Shown here: positions 31,937-41,662 of the stretch, piece by piece | Position numbering within the stretch: the stretch's first letter is position 1 | How the letters are laid out: each line of letters opens with the position of its first letter | Assembly: GCA_963708075.1 (NCBI GenBank) | Contig: OY970194.1 | Span: 1,664,001-1,728,000 of the forward strand | DNA: 64,000 nucleotides | From: Sedimentisphaerales bacterium | Lineage (GTDB): Bacteria > Planctomycetota > Phycisphaerae > Sedimentisphaerales > Anaerobacaceae | Reading direction: 5' to 3' | Notes under the pieces: generated by a model | Databases searched by the model: none | Told to the model about the DNA's origin: nothing | What the model saw: only the letters and a program-made list of their open reading frames with translations | Made by a program: the position numbers and the translations under genes

Positions 31937-32896
31937 TTATCGCCCGCTCAGCAACAGCCGCTCCGCGAAACGTATCAGACGGTTTGCCCCCGGTGCCCTT
32001 TGCAGCACGCGACGCACGCCGGTGAATACGCTGCCGTGATCCTCGCTTGGCAACGGCCGCAGGCATGTCGTTTCCCTGGGCCACATCTTCGCATATCCCG
32101 GACTCTGGTACGCCGATCCGGCTATATACTGTCGAAAACCTGCCTCCCACCGCAACATCCGCGAGAAGCTGACCTGGGGATCCTGGCAGTACTCAATCCA
32201 ATGCTTGGGGAAGTAGCACGTTCGCAGACCCCTTGCCAGAAGTCCGACCGCCGGGCGGTCTACACCCGTCGTGCGCCGAATCTCGGGCTGGTGCATCAGG
32301 CACAACTCCCGGATCGCACGAAACAGCAGGAAGGCAGTCGGCACGGGGAAACCGAACGACCATTCGTTGTCGATGACCACCCACCGATCTCCATCCACCA
32401 GGATATTCCGAGGGCTCAAGTCCAGCAGGCCGCGAGACAGGCAATCCACGGAGAGATCGTCATTCCCAGGTTTCTCACCCGCGATCGTGGAAAGAAACTC
32501 CGAAGGGCAGCCGCGGCTGAGCCTCAGTCCACAAACCTTGCGAACGTAGAGCCCAAGGAGGTCATCGGCCCTGGCACAATGACCGGAACCGAGTTCGCGC
32601 CCGATGCTCTGGGCCAACGAAGCCTGAGCGAGATACTCGTAAAGGATCCCTTCCTCTCGCAGGCTGCCGCACAACACGTGGAAGTGTCCCTGAAGGTACT
32701 CGGCGTTCTCACGCTCTCGGACCGTGATCAATTCCAGGAATGCCCGCGCCTCCTCCGTGGCGGCCACCTTGTACACGACGTTTCTGCCCTGCTCTTGCAC
32801 CAGAATCGTCCGCGTGTGAAACCGGCGCAGGCGATGACAGGAATCGGCAAGAATGGTGCCACTGAGCAGATTTGGGCTCCCGTGAATGCCTTGCAT
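31937..32896 (-). CDS. Hypothetical protein with kinase-like motifs
   Basis: 'VVYK', 'LDLSPRNILVDGDRWVVIDNEW' resemble a catalytic-loop D..N plus Mg-binding D. Confidence 0.55.
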   Translation of the reverse strand: MQGIHGSPNLLSGTILADSCHRLRRFHTRTILVQEQGRNVVYKVAATEEARAFLELITVRERENAEYLQGHFHVLCGSLREEGILYEYLAQASLAQSIGRELGSGHCARADDLLGLYVRKVCGLRLSRGCPSEFLSTIAGEKPGNDDLSVDCLSRGLLDLSPRNILVDGDRWVVIDNEWSFGFPVPTAFLLFRAIRELCLMHQPEIRRTTGVDRPAVGLLARGLRTCYFPKHWIEYCQDPQVSFSRMLRWEAGFRQYIAGSAYQSPGYAKMWPRETTCLRPLPSEDHGSVFTGVRRVLQRAPGANRLIRFAERLLLSGR

Positions 32897-32927
32897 CCGA
32901 TCTCGATTGCCTGCGTCCGGGGACCTG

Positions 32928-33743
32928 CTACCGGCCTCCGCAGATCCGCCTCAATTTCGCTTTTGCGCCTCGGATCTTACGTCGCCAGCCCACGTAGTAC
33001 TTCACATCCCACGGGTCATCCAAAATGTTGCTCACGACCTCGTTGTGCCATCTCTTGGCATCGTCCATGCTGCGTATGCCATGGCTGGCCACCGTGGCGC
33101 TCATCTTCAGCCATTCATCCAGCCTGCCCGCAAACATGAACCGCGGCGACCATGGATAGTCCATGTGTTCCGCGCAGAGCGGCGGGACATAGAACCCGTT
33201 GACATAGCCTTTGAGCGCCAACCGTCTGCCAAAGCTCGTGCCACCCATACCCTCAAAGCCCAGGTCACGCAGCGTCTTGAGCTTGACCAGCCCACATCCA
33301 TCGGTCCAGGGATGCCGAAGAATCCGATGTCGCCCGAACGTCTGGATCTTGTGCTGAGCCCGCGCTTCATCGTAGAATTCCGGGCCCAGATGCCAGCAGG
33401 AGATCTGTCCGAGTTCGGGAACGTCCGCGTGAGCCTGAGCGATGACGCGGCTCCAGCCGGTCGGAAAGATGAAATCGTTGGCTACGAAACCCACCAAATC
33501 TGCCTTCGACTTCGTGAGAGTCTCGTTGACCGCTCCATTCACGTGGACATTCGCCCGCGATAGTACTTTTCTTGCGATCCGCGGATCTTCCACGGACGCG
33601 AGATACTCCTGGACACCATCGGTCGACGCATTATCCCAGATCGTCAGGGAGAACTCCTCCGTTGGGTCTGCCAGGATAGACTGCAGCGCCAATTTCGTGT
33701 ATGCGAGACGGTTATAGCTCACAAAGAGCAAATCAATCTTCAT
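32928..33743 (-). CDS. GT2-family glycosyltransferase
   Basis: 'LLFVSYNR', 'IWDNASTDG', 'FVAND'. Confidence 0.75.
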   Translation of the reverse strand: MKIDLLFVSYNRLAYTKLALQSILADPTEEFSLTIWDNASTDGVQEYLASVEDPRIARKVLSRANVHVNGAVNETLTKSKADLVGFVANDFIFPTGWSRVIAQAHADVPELGQISCWHLGPEFYDEARAQHKIQTFGRHRILRHPWTDGCGLVKLKTLRDLGFEGMGGTSFGRRLALKGYVNGFYVPPLCAEHMDYPWSPRFMFAGRLDEWLKMSATVASHGIRSMDDAKRWHNEVVSNILDDPWDVKYYVGWRRKIRGAKAKLRRICGGR

Positions 33744-33889
33744 TGGAGGAGATCACTCCCGGCACATTGTTGCATGGCTGCAAACGACATATGAGTACAA
33801 AGACGTAGTGCGATACAATATCGTGCGGGCATCGCACACGCAAGCAGTTTTCTGGTGCCCCTGGCGAATCCACCTATCACCAGCAAGAT

Positions 33890-35446
33890 TCATTTCCTGG
33901 CCTCGCCGGCGACCTGCGTGCGCGGAAGCAAGCGTCTGACCTGCTCCCTCAGAGTTTGCCGTTCCTGCCCACTCATCACAAATACATATGTGGCTATGCC
34001 GTACACACCGATCAGCGCAAAAACCAGAACTAGCCAGGAGAGCCAGCCATTCACGTTTCCGGGAATCTGCAACAAGTACCCAAAGATACATGTGGCCACC
34101 AAAACCATGCATCGGCGCAAACACGTGCGGACATAGTAATCGATCAGGCCTATCTTCAGTACACGACACACGTACCACGTGCAGGCCAGGCCGCGGACCA
34201 ATATTACGCCAATAGTATAACCCCAGGCGACACCGACCAAGCCCATCCTCCAGCCTAGCAGGATGCTCAACGCAATCCCCCCAACACCTTCTACACCCGC
34301 GAAAATCGCCTGGACACCCTGACGGCCAGTGCCGCCGAGAAACAGGTTGTTTGCATATAGAGTGCTTTCCACCCAACAGCCTACGCCCAAAACAATCAGC
34401 ACAGAACTGGCAGTCTCAAACGCAAATCCCGCGGGCATCCACAAACGGATGAATGCCGGCCCTGCAAGCAGGACCTGCAGGATGATTCCAGAAGCGAGCA
34501 TGCTGCTGTAACGCGTGGTCTTTTGAAAGAGTTGTGCGACCCCTGCGTGGTTGTTCTCCCCGTCGAGGAGTGCAAACCTGGGCCAGGACACTTGAAGCGG
34601 CGCCCACACGATCTGCCTGACCTTGGCGATAAGCAGGGCCGCCACAGCGTAGATTGCCACGGCCTCGAGGGATACCAGCTTGCCGATGACAAGCTTCTGG
34701 TTCTGCAACGACATGCTGTAGGCCATATTGCCGATCACGTTCAGAGCGCCGAATCTGAACAACTCACTGAGCCGCTGCCATTTGACCAGCCCTATCCCTA
34801 TGTGAATCTCCGGACACTCCTTGCGGAATGCGAAAACACTAAGCAACAGGGTGACAACTGTACTGGCGACGACCACCCAGCCCATCTCGGCTAACCCGCG
34901 ATCAAGGAGCAGACATGCCGTAAGGCCGCCCGCGTAAAGAATCGCATTGGCGACGGTGATAAGATTGGCGGTAACCCACTTCTCGCGAGCCCGCAGGGTG
35001 GCGTCGAATATCCGCATCGGGCATTCCATCGCCGCAGCCACGCCCAGGATTCGAACAAGGACCGAAAGCGACCGGCCCCCCTCGTAGAATCGCGCCACCG
35101 GTTCCGCGATCACTGTGGAGATCAGCAGAATCACTACGCCCACAACCATGAACATGGCCAAGCCTGTGCTGATGACTTGGCCCGTGGCCTCGTTTTCCCT
35201 GCGTCCGGCGTAGAACGGTACATAGCGCATAATGCCCGCCCCCACGCTCAGCCGCAATAACCCGTAGTAGCCCACCAGCGATATCACCAGGCTCCAGATC
35301 CCGTAATCGGTCTCGCCCAGTTGCGAGAACAGAAAAGGTGTCAGCAGCAGTCCGATAGCCGTGTTGACCACCAGCGGAAACCAGTTGCTCATCGCATTGA
35401 CCGCCAATGAACGACGACGGTCAATACCTGATGCATTTGTTTTCAA
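33890..35446 (-). CDS. wzx: Wzx polysaccharide flippase (MOP family)
   Basis: 12-14 TMs; 'LLLTPFL..LG..DYGIWSL', 'IMRYV', 'KLVIGKLVS..AVAIY'. Confidence 0.85.
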   Translation of the reverse strand: MKTNASGIDRRRSLAVNAMSNWFPLVVNTAIGLLLTPFLFSQLGETDYGIWSLVISLVGYYGLLRLSVGAGIMRYVPFYAGRRENEATGQVISTGLAMFMVVGVVILLISTVIAEPVARFYEGGRSLSVLVRILGVAAAMECPMRIFDATLRAREKWVTANLITVANAILYAGGLTACLLLDRGLAEMGWVVVASTVVTLLLSVFAFRKECPEIHIGIGLVKWQRLSELFRFGALNVIGNMAYSMSLQNQKLVIGKLVSLEAVAIYAVAALLIAKVRQIVWAPLQVSWPRFALLDGENNHAGVAQLFQKTTRYSSMLASGIILQVLLAGPAFIRLWMPAGFAFETASSVLIVLGVGCWVESTLYANNLFLGGTGRQGVQAIFAGVEGVGGIALSILLGWRMGLVGVAWGYTIGVILVRGLACTWYVCRVLKIGLIDYYVRTCLRRCMVLVATCIFGYLLQIPGNVNGWLSWLVLVFALIGVYGIATYVFVMSGQERQTLREQVRRLLPRTQVAGEARK

Positions 35447-35484
35447 GTGTTCTTACCTGCCTTCGTCAGATGTTAGTCTCAGGT

Positions 35485-36669
35485 TCAGCTTCGGTTTCCA
35501 CGAAAAGCCTGGATACTTCTGGTGATATATCTCTGCTTCTCATCAGATAGCTCCGGGTAGATTGGCAAAGCGACACTCAGAAGCTCAGCAGTGAGCGCGT
35601 TGGGGAAAGCCGCCTCATCGAGCGCGTACTTTCGCTTGTAATATGCGACCCTGCTCATGGCCTGAGCACCGCCTACCGTGGCAATGCCCCTTTGAGCCAG
35701 ATACTCTATGAAGTCGTTCCTCTGCCTGTGAGTACTCTTTATCGAACTCAATTGCTGTTTGTGGACGACATCGCGAGGATTGAAAAGACAGACATATGAC
35801 TGGTAACCATGCCTGCGACCCGGCGGCTCCGTAGGGGTCATCAACCAGTCAAGCGAACTGAGGTCCTTGTCATACCGCTCGGCCAGCTGGCGTCTTCTCT
35901 CCAAAATGGTCGGGATTTTCTGGATCTGCACTACACCGAGACTCGCATGAATGTCGCTCATCTTGTAGTTGAAGCCCAGGACCTCATAGGACGGTAGGAC
36001 ATGAACACCGTTGTGATGTCTCTCCCAAGCAGAAACAGACGCCCCGTAGTTTCTGAGAATCTTCACCTTCTTTTCGATTTTCTCATCGTTGGTCACGACC
36101 ATGCCACCCTCAGCTGTGGTGATCATCTTTCGCGGGTGGAAACTGAAAATGCCTGCATTTCCAAATCCGCCTATGTGCCTTCCCCTGTAATATGCTCCCA
36201 ATCCCAATGCGCCGTCTTCGATAACCTTTAGGCGGTGTTTCCGGGCTATTCGCATAATCGGGTTCATATCGACGGAAAGACCGAAAAGGTGCACGGGGAT
36301 GATGGCCTTCGTCCTGTCGCTGATGGCCTCTTCGACTTGACGCGGGTCCAGCGAAAAAGTGGCCAGATCGATGTCCACGAGGACCGGCTTGGCATGTATG
36401 TATTCAATGGGGTTCACCCCTGCGCAACACGTGAAAGCAGAAGTGATCACCTCGTCGCCGGGTCGAATTCCACACGCTATCATCGCCACGTGCAAGGCGG
36501 CTGTACCAGAGTTGACCGAACTGGCATATGAAGTGCCAACATATGCGCTAAACCGGGCTTCAAATTCCTGTGCCTTTGGGCCCTGCGATATCCACCCGCT
36601 CTTGATCGATTGGATGACGGACTCTATCTCGCGACAATCAAAAGCCGGCTTAGCTATGGGTATTCTCAT
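35485..36669 (-). CDS. DegT/DnrJ/EryC1/StrS PLP aminotransferase
   Basis: 'NSGTAALH', 'IIPVHLFG', 'IEDGA', 'FSFHPRKMITTAEGG', 'GFNYKM'. Confidence 0.92.
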   Translation of the reverse strand: MRIPIAKPAFDCREIESVIQSIKSGWISQGPKAQEFEARFSAYVGTSYASSVNSGTAALHVAMIACGIRPGDEVITSAFTCCAGVNPIEYIHAKPVLVDIDLATFSLDPRQVEEAISDRTKAIIPVHLFGLSVDMNPIMRIARKHRLKVIEDGALGLGAYYRGRHIGGFGNAGIFSFHPRKMITTAEGGMVVTNDEKIEKKVKILRNYGASVSAWERHHNGVHVLPSYEVLGFNYKMSDIHASLGVVQIQKIPTILERRRQLAERYDKDLSSLDWLMTPTEPPGRRHGYQSYVCLFNPRDVVHKQQLSSIKSTHRQRNDFIEYLAQRGIATVGGAQAMSRVAYYKRKYALDEAAFPNALTAELLSVALPIYPELSDEKQRYITRSIQAFRGNRS

Positions 36670-37304
36670 TTAGATTTCCTCACGGACCTCGCGGGATTTC
36701 CCACGACTGTCTCGAACGGAGCTACGTCTTTCAGAACAACGGCGCCCGCACCAACAATCGCGTTCTCGCCGATCCTGACAAACTCAATAATAGTAGCTCC
36801 AATGCCGATGAAGGCCCCCTTCTTGATTTTGACACAACCAGCCATACAGGCACCTGGAGCAATGTGAACGAAGTCATCCACTACACAATCGTGCTCAACA
36901 ATCGCGGACGTGTTGATGAGCGAGCCCTTTCCAATCCGCGCACCGCTGTTTACGACGGCATTCACGGCAACCATGCTTCCTTCGCCCAGGCTTGCATCAC
37001 CGGACACATGGGCATCAGGGTGAACCAAGGTAAGCGGTTCATGACCCAGAGAGTTGAGTCTCTCCCACATGGCCTTGCGAGTTCTCGGGGTCGCGGTGCC
37101 GATCACAAATGCGCAGCCAGCAAAGTCGGGCTCCCTTAAGCGGTTGGTCCCTCCGAGAACAGGGCAGCCCGCTCGGCACGAGCCGTGGAGTTCAGCATCG
37201 TCATCCAGAATCCCTATTACGCGGTACCCATCAAGTTGACGCAGGAGGTCTATTGTCACCTTGCAGTGCCCGCCCGCACCTAATAAAAGAACGTTCTTCT
37301 CCAT
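36666..37304 (-). CDS. PglD/NeuD-type sugar N-acetyltransferase (LbH)
   Basis: 'LLGAGGH', 'LVHPDA', 'INTSAIVEHDC', 'GAGAVV..DV...TVVGNPAR'. Confidence 0.9.
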   Translation of the reverse strand: MEKNVLLLGAGGHCKVTIDLLRQLDGYRVIGILDDDAELHGSCRAGCPVLGGTNRLREPDFAGCAFVIGTATPRTRKAMWERLNSLGHEPLTLVHPDAHVSGDASLGEGSMVAVNAVVNSGARIGKGSLINTSAIVEHDCVVDDFVHIAPGACMAGCVKIKKGAFIGIGATIIEFVRIGENAIVGAGAVVLKDVAPFETVVGNPARSVRKSK

Positions 37305-37429
37305 TCTCTTCACGTCCCTATATGGTTCGATGGTTCCTCCCGAATATTGTATATTTTGCCTATCAGTTGTTGCCGATCTTCCGTATTTCCTTGGCAGGCA
37401 CACACGCGATGATAATGCCTCACGGGGTG

Positions 37430-37730
37430 CTCAGGTTGACGGCGTCGATGGCCACGGTTCAAGATGCCGCCAGCTTACCGATGACGACCACCTCGTTCTG
37501 CAGCGACACGGCGTAAGTTATGTTGCCAATGATGTTCAGTGTGGCGAACTTGAACAACGCGCTGAGTCGCTGTCATCTGACCAACCCAGTCCCCTGATGA
37601 ACCTCGTGGCACTGCTTGCGAAATATGAAGATGCCAAGCAGCAAATTGATCACCGTGCTGATGACTTGGTCCGCCGCCTTGTTCTCCCTGCGTCCAGCGC
37701 ATAATAGCATACAATGCATTATGCGCGGCT
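37430..37730 (-). pseudogene. Decayed paralog of the wzx flippase
   Basis: About 37470-37660 aligns by eye with wzx 34675-34867 and about 37655-37725 with 35165-35233. Trp TGG has become TGA, and there is an internal deletion of about 300 bp. Confidence 0.75.
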
Positions 37731-37776
37731 CCACAGCATCCTGCCGTGAACCGTTAAGCCATCCGTATTGAGACTA

Positions 37777-38999
37777 GTGGTTCATGACATTCGTACCTGT
37801 GGGTAAAGGCGTCCGAGCTTGATGCGGGCGTCCTTCGTCGTGAATTGCCAGTCTACCCCGCGTTGACGAGCGTTGCGGTCCCGAGCCCACGGAGTCACCT
37901 TGCGGACCAGAGCCGTAAGGCTCGGGGTACGGGTCCGAAGGCATTGGCGTGTCAGGACGCTCAATTCGCATTCGGCGATGTTGAGCCAACTGCCATGCTT
38001 GGGCGTGTAGTGGATTTCCAGTCGCTGGGCCAAGCGACGTGCCTTATCCGCAGGGAAAGCCTTGTACAGCGAAGCGACCGTATGGGTGTTGAGATTGTCA
38101 CAAATCAAGATCACTTTCTCGGCTTGGACATAACGGCCCTCCAGCAACGCGGCCACTTCCTGCGCCCAGTCCACCGCCGTACGCCGGACACGAACGCTGA
38201 CCTGTCGCCAGCCCTGCAAAGCTTCGGTAAATAGAAACACACAGGCCGTGCCCGCCCGCTCATACTCGTGATCCTACCGTCGCGGGTGCCCCGGCTCCGC
38301 CGCCAGGGGCCGGCGAGTTTCCTTCACCAGTTGCACGGGTTGTTCATCCATCTCGACCACCGGGTGTTTCGGATCATACGGGCGTTCGTACAGATCCAAA
38401 ACATCCTCCATGCACGCGACGAACTCCGCATCGGCCTCGGGCGCAATTACCCAGCACTCCTGGAGGTCCGGCCGCAGTTGGTTCTTTTTTAGCGTGCGTC
38501 GCACCATCTGGTCACTGATCGAATCGACCACCTCCAGGGCAACCAGACGTTCGGCCAGCAGCTTGAGGGTCCAGTGGTCTCGCCCTTCGGGCGGGGAGCT
38601 ACACGCCAAGGCAATCAGCCGGGCCTCTCCCTGGCCGTCGAGTTTCGCCGGGTGCGAGGGCTGGGCCTGCTTCTTGCGTTGTAGGGCAGCCGCCAAACCC
38701 TCCAGCATCAGCCGTCGCCGTACGTTCTCTACGCTACGCACGTGGCAGGAAAACGCCTCGGGAATCGGTCGGTCCGGCCACGCCGGTCCGTTCACATCAG
38801 CCGCCAGCAAGATATGGGCATGCTTGATCTTGTAGGCTGCGGCCTTGCCTTTCTTGACCATCGCTTCCAGTTCTACGCGTTCTTCGGCTGTGAGCCGAAC
38901 AATGTACTTCTTCTGCAACAGTGTTCTCCGTCAAAGCTGTCCTTCCTCTAACGGAGAGTATACACGCACAGACCTCTAAAATCAACAGTCATGAACCAC
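37777..38999 (-). mobile_element. IS630-family insertion sequence (1223 bp)
   Basis: Terminal IR GTGGTTCATGAC/GTCATGAACCAC; TA duplication at 37775-76 and 39000-01 in a CTAG target. Confidence 0.92.
37782..38918 (-). pseudogene. IS630 transposase with in-frame amber stop at 38274-38276
   Basis: HTH 'WTLKLLA', 'RRTLKKN', 'MDE', 'ICDNLNTH', 'YTPKHGSWLNIAECE'. Both ORFs are in one frame separated by a single TAG. Confidence 0.88.
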
Positions 39000-40090
39000 T
39001 AGAAGTAGTAAAGCGGCTCCGAATTGGGGATCCCGGTCTGTTTTTCGGACGGTCCTCTCTCCTTTATTGCCACTTGGCGCTGAGGCAAGGAACGGGAATA
39101 TCTCGCTTGTTCAAGCTGCAGGACCCTGGACAGGAGATCCTGGCACACTGCCACCGGGTTCAGTCCAAATCGCTGGCGCAGGCTTTTGACCATATCTGTT
39201 GGAACAACGGGCCGGCCGTTCGCATCGGTCATACGTTCGATCGCGACAAATCCCTGGGGCGTGAGAACGAGAATCTCGCCCGACGCCCGACGCTCGACGA
39301 CCTGGCCCGGGACACCCAAATACGGGTAAGGGCTCGCCTCGGCATGCGCCCTCCATATCACAACTTGCCTTCCCTCAAAGAAGGTGTACGCACCAGCAAA
39401 TGGTGTGGACGAGGCGCGAATCAGACGACAGATCGCATCCGCAGGCAGTGACCAGTCGATCAGGCCGTCCTCGGGCCTTCGCGGATAACACCGAAGTGTC
39501 AAGGCTGGATCAGCGGGCTGCGGTTTCGGTATGATGTCGCCGGTTTCGAGACCTCCGAGCGCTTCACAAAACATCTGCGGGACCAAGCACTCGCAATCGC
39601 TGATGAGATCTCCCACGTATGTTGACTCCGTTATCGGCACCTGTCTGCGTACCAGGATTGCCCCTGAATCGAGGACACTCGGCTCCATCTTGTGAACGCA
39701 CAGACCCATGTACGGCTCATTCTGAAGAATCGCATAGGCATAAGGGGCGTTGCCCCGATACCGGGGTAGATCACCCGCATGACAATTGAGCACGCCACGG
39801 GGAAACAGATCACACACTCGCTCTTTGATGACGGTCAACCAGTTGACGCTGACCGCGACCTCGGCGCCAGCGCGAGCAAGCTTAGCTACGATTTCATCCG
39901 AATTGACTGCTGCGGAATCGAAGAAATCCACCGCGAATTCAGCCGCCAGCCGAGCGAAATCAGCCTCCTTGATCTCAGACTCAGGCGAAGCTCGGCATGT
40001 TCCCACAATTCGCGGAATGTGACCCGCTGCCACTAAAGCCTTTATGCTGTCGTAGAGAATCCGCGTGCGACCGAAAGCTGCAAAACGCAT
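38999..40090 (-). CDS. Sugar N-formyltransferase (Fmt/ArnA-N-like)
   Basis: 'VLNCHAGDLPRYRGNAP', 'LDSGAI', 'RRPEDGLIDW', 'IRASSTPFAGAYTF'. Confidence 0.88.
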   Translation of the reverse strand: MRFAAFGRTRILYDSIKALVAAGHIPRIVGTCRASPESEIKEADFARLAAEFAVDFFDSAAVNSDEIVAKLARAGAEVAVSVNWLTVIKERVCDLFPRGVLNCHAGDLPRYRGNAPYAYAILQNEPYMGLCVHKMEPSVLDSGAILVRRQVPITESTYVGDLISDCECLVPQMFCEALGGLETGDIIPKPQPADPALTLRCYPRRPEDGLIDWSLPADAICRLIRASSTPFAGAYTFFEGRQVVIWRAHAEASPYPYLGVPGQVVERRASGEILVLTPQGFVAIERMTDANGRPVVPTDMVKSLRQRFGLNPVAVCQDLLSRVLQLEQARYSRSLPQRQVAIKERGPSEKQTGIPNSEPLYYF

Positions 40091-40115
40091 GGAGTTACCC
40101 TTCCTTGAGAGACTC

Positions 40116-41147
40116 TCACTGTACAATTTGCGCGAACGGACAGCACCGGCAAACAGTCGCCTGCGCGTCCACAGGATCCGCTGTGGACTTTCGGATACGC
40201 GCGGCGACTTCCCCAACCTTGAGCCCTGCCGTGTGCAGATCTACAACCGGTCGCGGACCCAATGCAGCCAAGGTCCAGGCCATGCGGTGTGGCGGCACGG
40301 GGTCTCCTGGATAGACAAATATGCCGTTTGCCTGCAATCCCGGTACGTCAATTAGACCGGCAAACTGAACCACCTTGACCGCAGGTGCTGCGGCGGCAAG
40401 GTCGCCGGGGGTGAGATCACCCTGTGCCCCGATGATATAGTCCTCCCGTGTGTAATCGCATATGACAAGCGCGTCAGCCGTTCCCAAAGCGCTGGGAGGA
40501 AGGCTCTTCAGGCTTTGCGCGAGACACACATCTACACCCGCTCGTCTGAGATTCTCTTCGATTTCCACACCAAATTTATCGCCGCCGATGACGAAGATCC
40601 TGTTCCTATGGATTTCAATACCCGCCTCAAGAAGCAGTTTCAGGGCAAGCCAGCCACTGTACGCAAAGACATCCACCGTCGGATGGTACTCATCCGTGCC
40701 CAGCACGAGGATGCCTTTTCTTCTGCATGCATATAGATCAATATCGCCGGGCCGAAACTCCCATGCCTCACACATCAAAGGCACAACCGCGGTTGGTTTC
40801 ATCGCTTCCACAGCCCCGGCGTCAATCGGGCGAATAAAACCCAGGTTTGTGACTATATCCGCCCGGGCAAACAGATCGGGTGTACGCTCCGTGTGTATTT
40901 CCACGGCAGCATCTACTCCAAACCTGGATGCAAGTTCTCGAGTCTGCGCGATCACGGCATCCACAGAGGCGTAACGCGATTCTCCTGTCACGGCGATCAC
41001 GCGCTGTGCTCCTGCAAGTGCGGCAATGATCGGCGTGACAACGTACGCACCACTGGCCGCCTCCGTCAGTACGGTAAGCCCTGACAAATCCAGGCCGAAC
41101 GCGGCAACAGTCTCCGGAATCAACTTCACTATGCGCGCATCATTCAC
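40116..41147 (-). CDS. Hypothetical protein with Rossmann-like segments
   Basis: GGAGG RBS before GTG 41147; 'LDLSGLTVLTEAASGAYVVTP', 'ADIVTNLGFIRPID', 'MCEAWEFRPGDID'. Confidence 0.65.
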   Translation of the reverse strand: MNDARIVKLIPETVAAFGLDLSGLTVLTEAASGAYVVTPIIAALAGAQRVIAVTGESRYASVDAVIAQTRELASRFGVDAAVEIHTERTPDLFARADIVTNLGFIRPIDAGAVEAMKPTAVVPLMCEAWEFRPGDIDLYACRRKGILVLGTDEYHPTVDVFAYSGWLALKLLLEAGIEIHRNRIFVIGGDKFGVEIEENLRRAGVDVCLAQSLKSLPPSALGTADALVICDYTREDYIIGAQGDLTPGDLAAAAPAVKVVQFAGLIDVPGLQANGIFVYPGDPVPPHRMAWTLAALGPRPVVDLHTAGLKVGEVAARIRKSTADPVDAQATVCRCCPFAQIVQ

Positions 41148-41279
41148 CGGCCCCGTCCTCCATGAAGTCTTGGCATGATCCGGCACAGTAGATAAGCTCT
41201 GTTGTCGCAGGACACGAACGTTGCAAGTACTTTCGTTTGACCCCATATCGTAGATCCCTCCTCGATGTGGGACGGAGTG

Positions 41280-41400
41280 ATCAGCCCAAGATGCCTTCGG
41301 CTGGTCGATTTCCGCGATCTTCCGCACTTCCTTTGCAGGCACGCCGGCGACGATAGTGGCTGGGGGGACGCTGCGGGTGACGAGGTCCCCGAGAACGCGG
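41280..41400 (-). pseudogene. Remnant C-terminus of a hexapeptide acetyltransferase
   Basis: 'LVTRSVPPATIVAGVPAKEVRKI' is the typical LbH acetyltransferase terminal motif, without the preceding repeats. Confidence 0.55.
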
Positions 41401-41662
41401 GAATCCAGTCCCCCAAGAGCCGAAAGAAACATCACCCCCTCGCCTCCTGTATCCACACTCACGCGCAAATGATGAACAATGAGGACACGGCCCCTGGCGC
41501 TGCGGCTGGGCAAGTCAGGACCGTGGATACGGTGTAGCGATACGAGCGAAAAGAAGGAACTTTTTCGCCGGGGAGAATATCATTGTACGTGACAGGAACC
41601 TTAAATGGGTGACCCCGAAGTCCCAGGAACAGTGTTGTCGGGGCTCCTCCACGGCATCCGCT

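Noticed and set aside
38274..38276. Pyrrolysine or genome-wide amber recoding
   Set aside because: TAG terminates several normal genes in the window (e.g. 6736, 52470, 55654).
41148..41513. N-terminal extension of ORF 40116..41513 as a true fusion
   Set aside because: A good RBS precedes GTG 41147; the extension is an acetyltransferase remnant that happens to be in frame.
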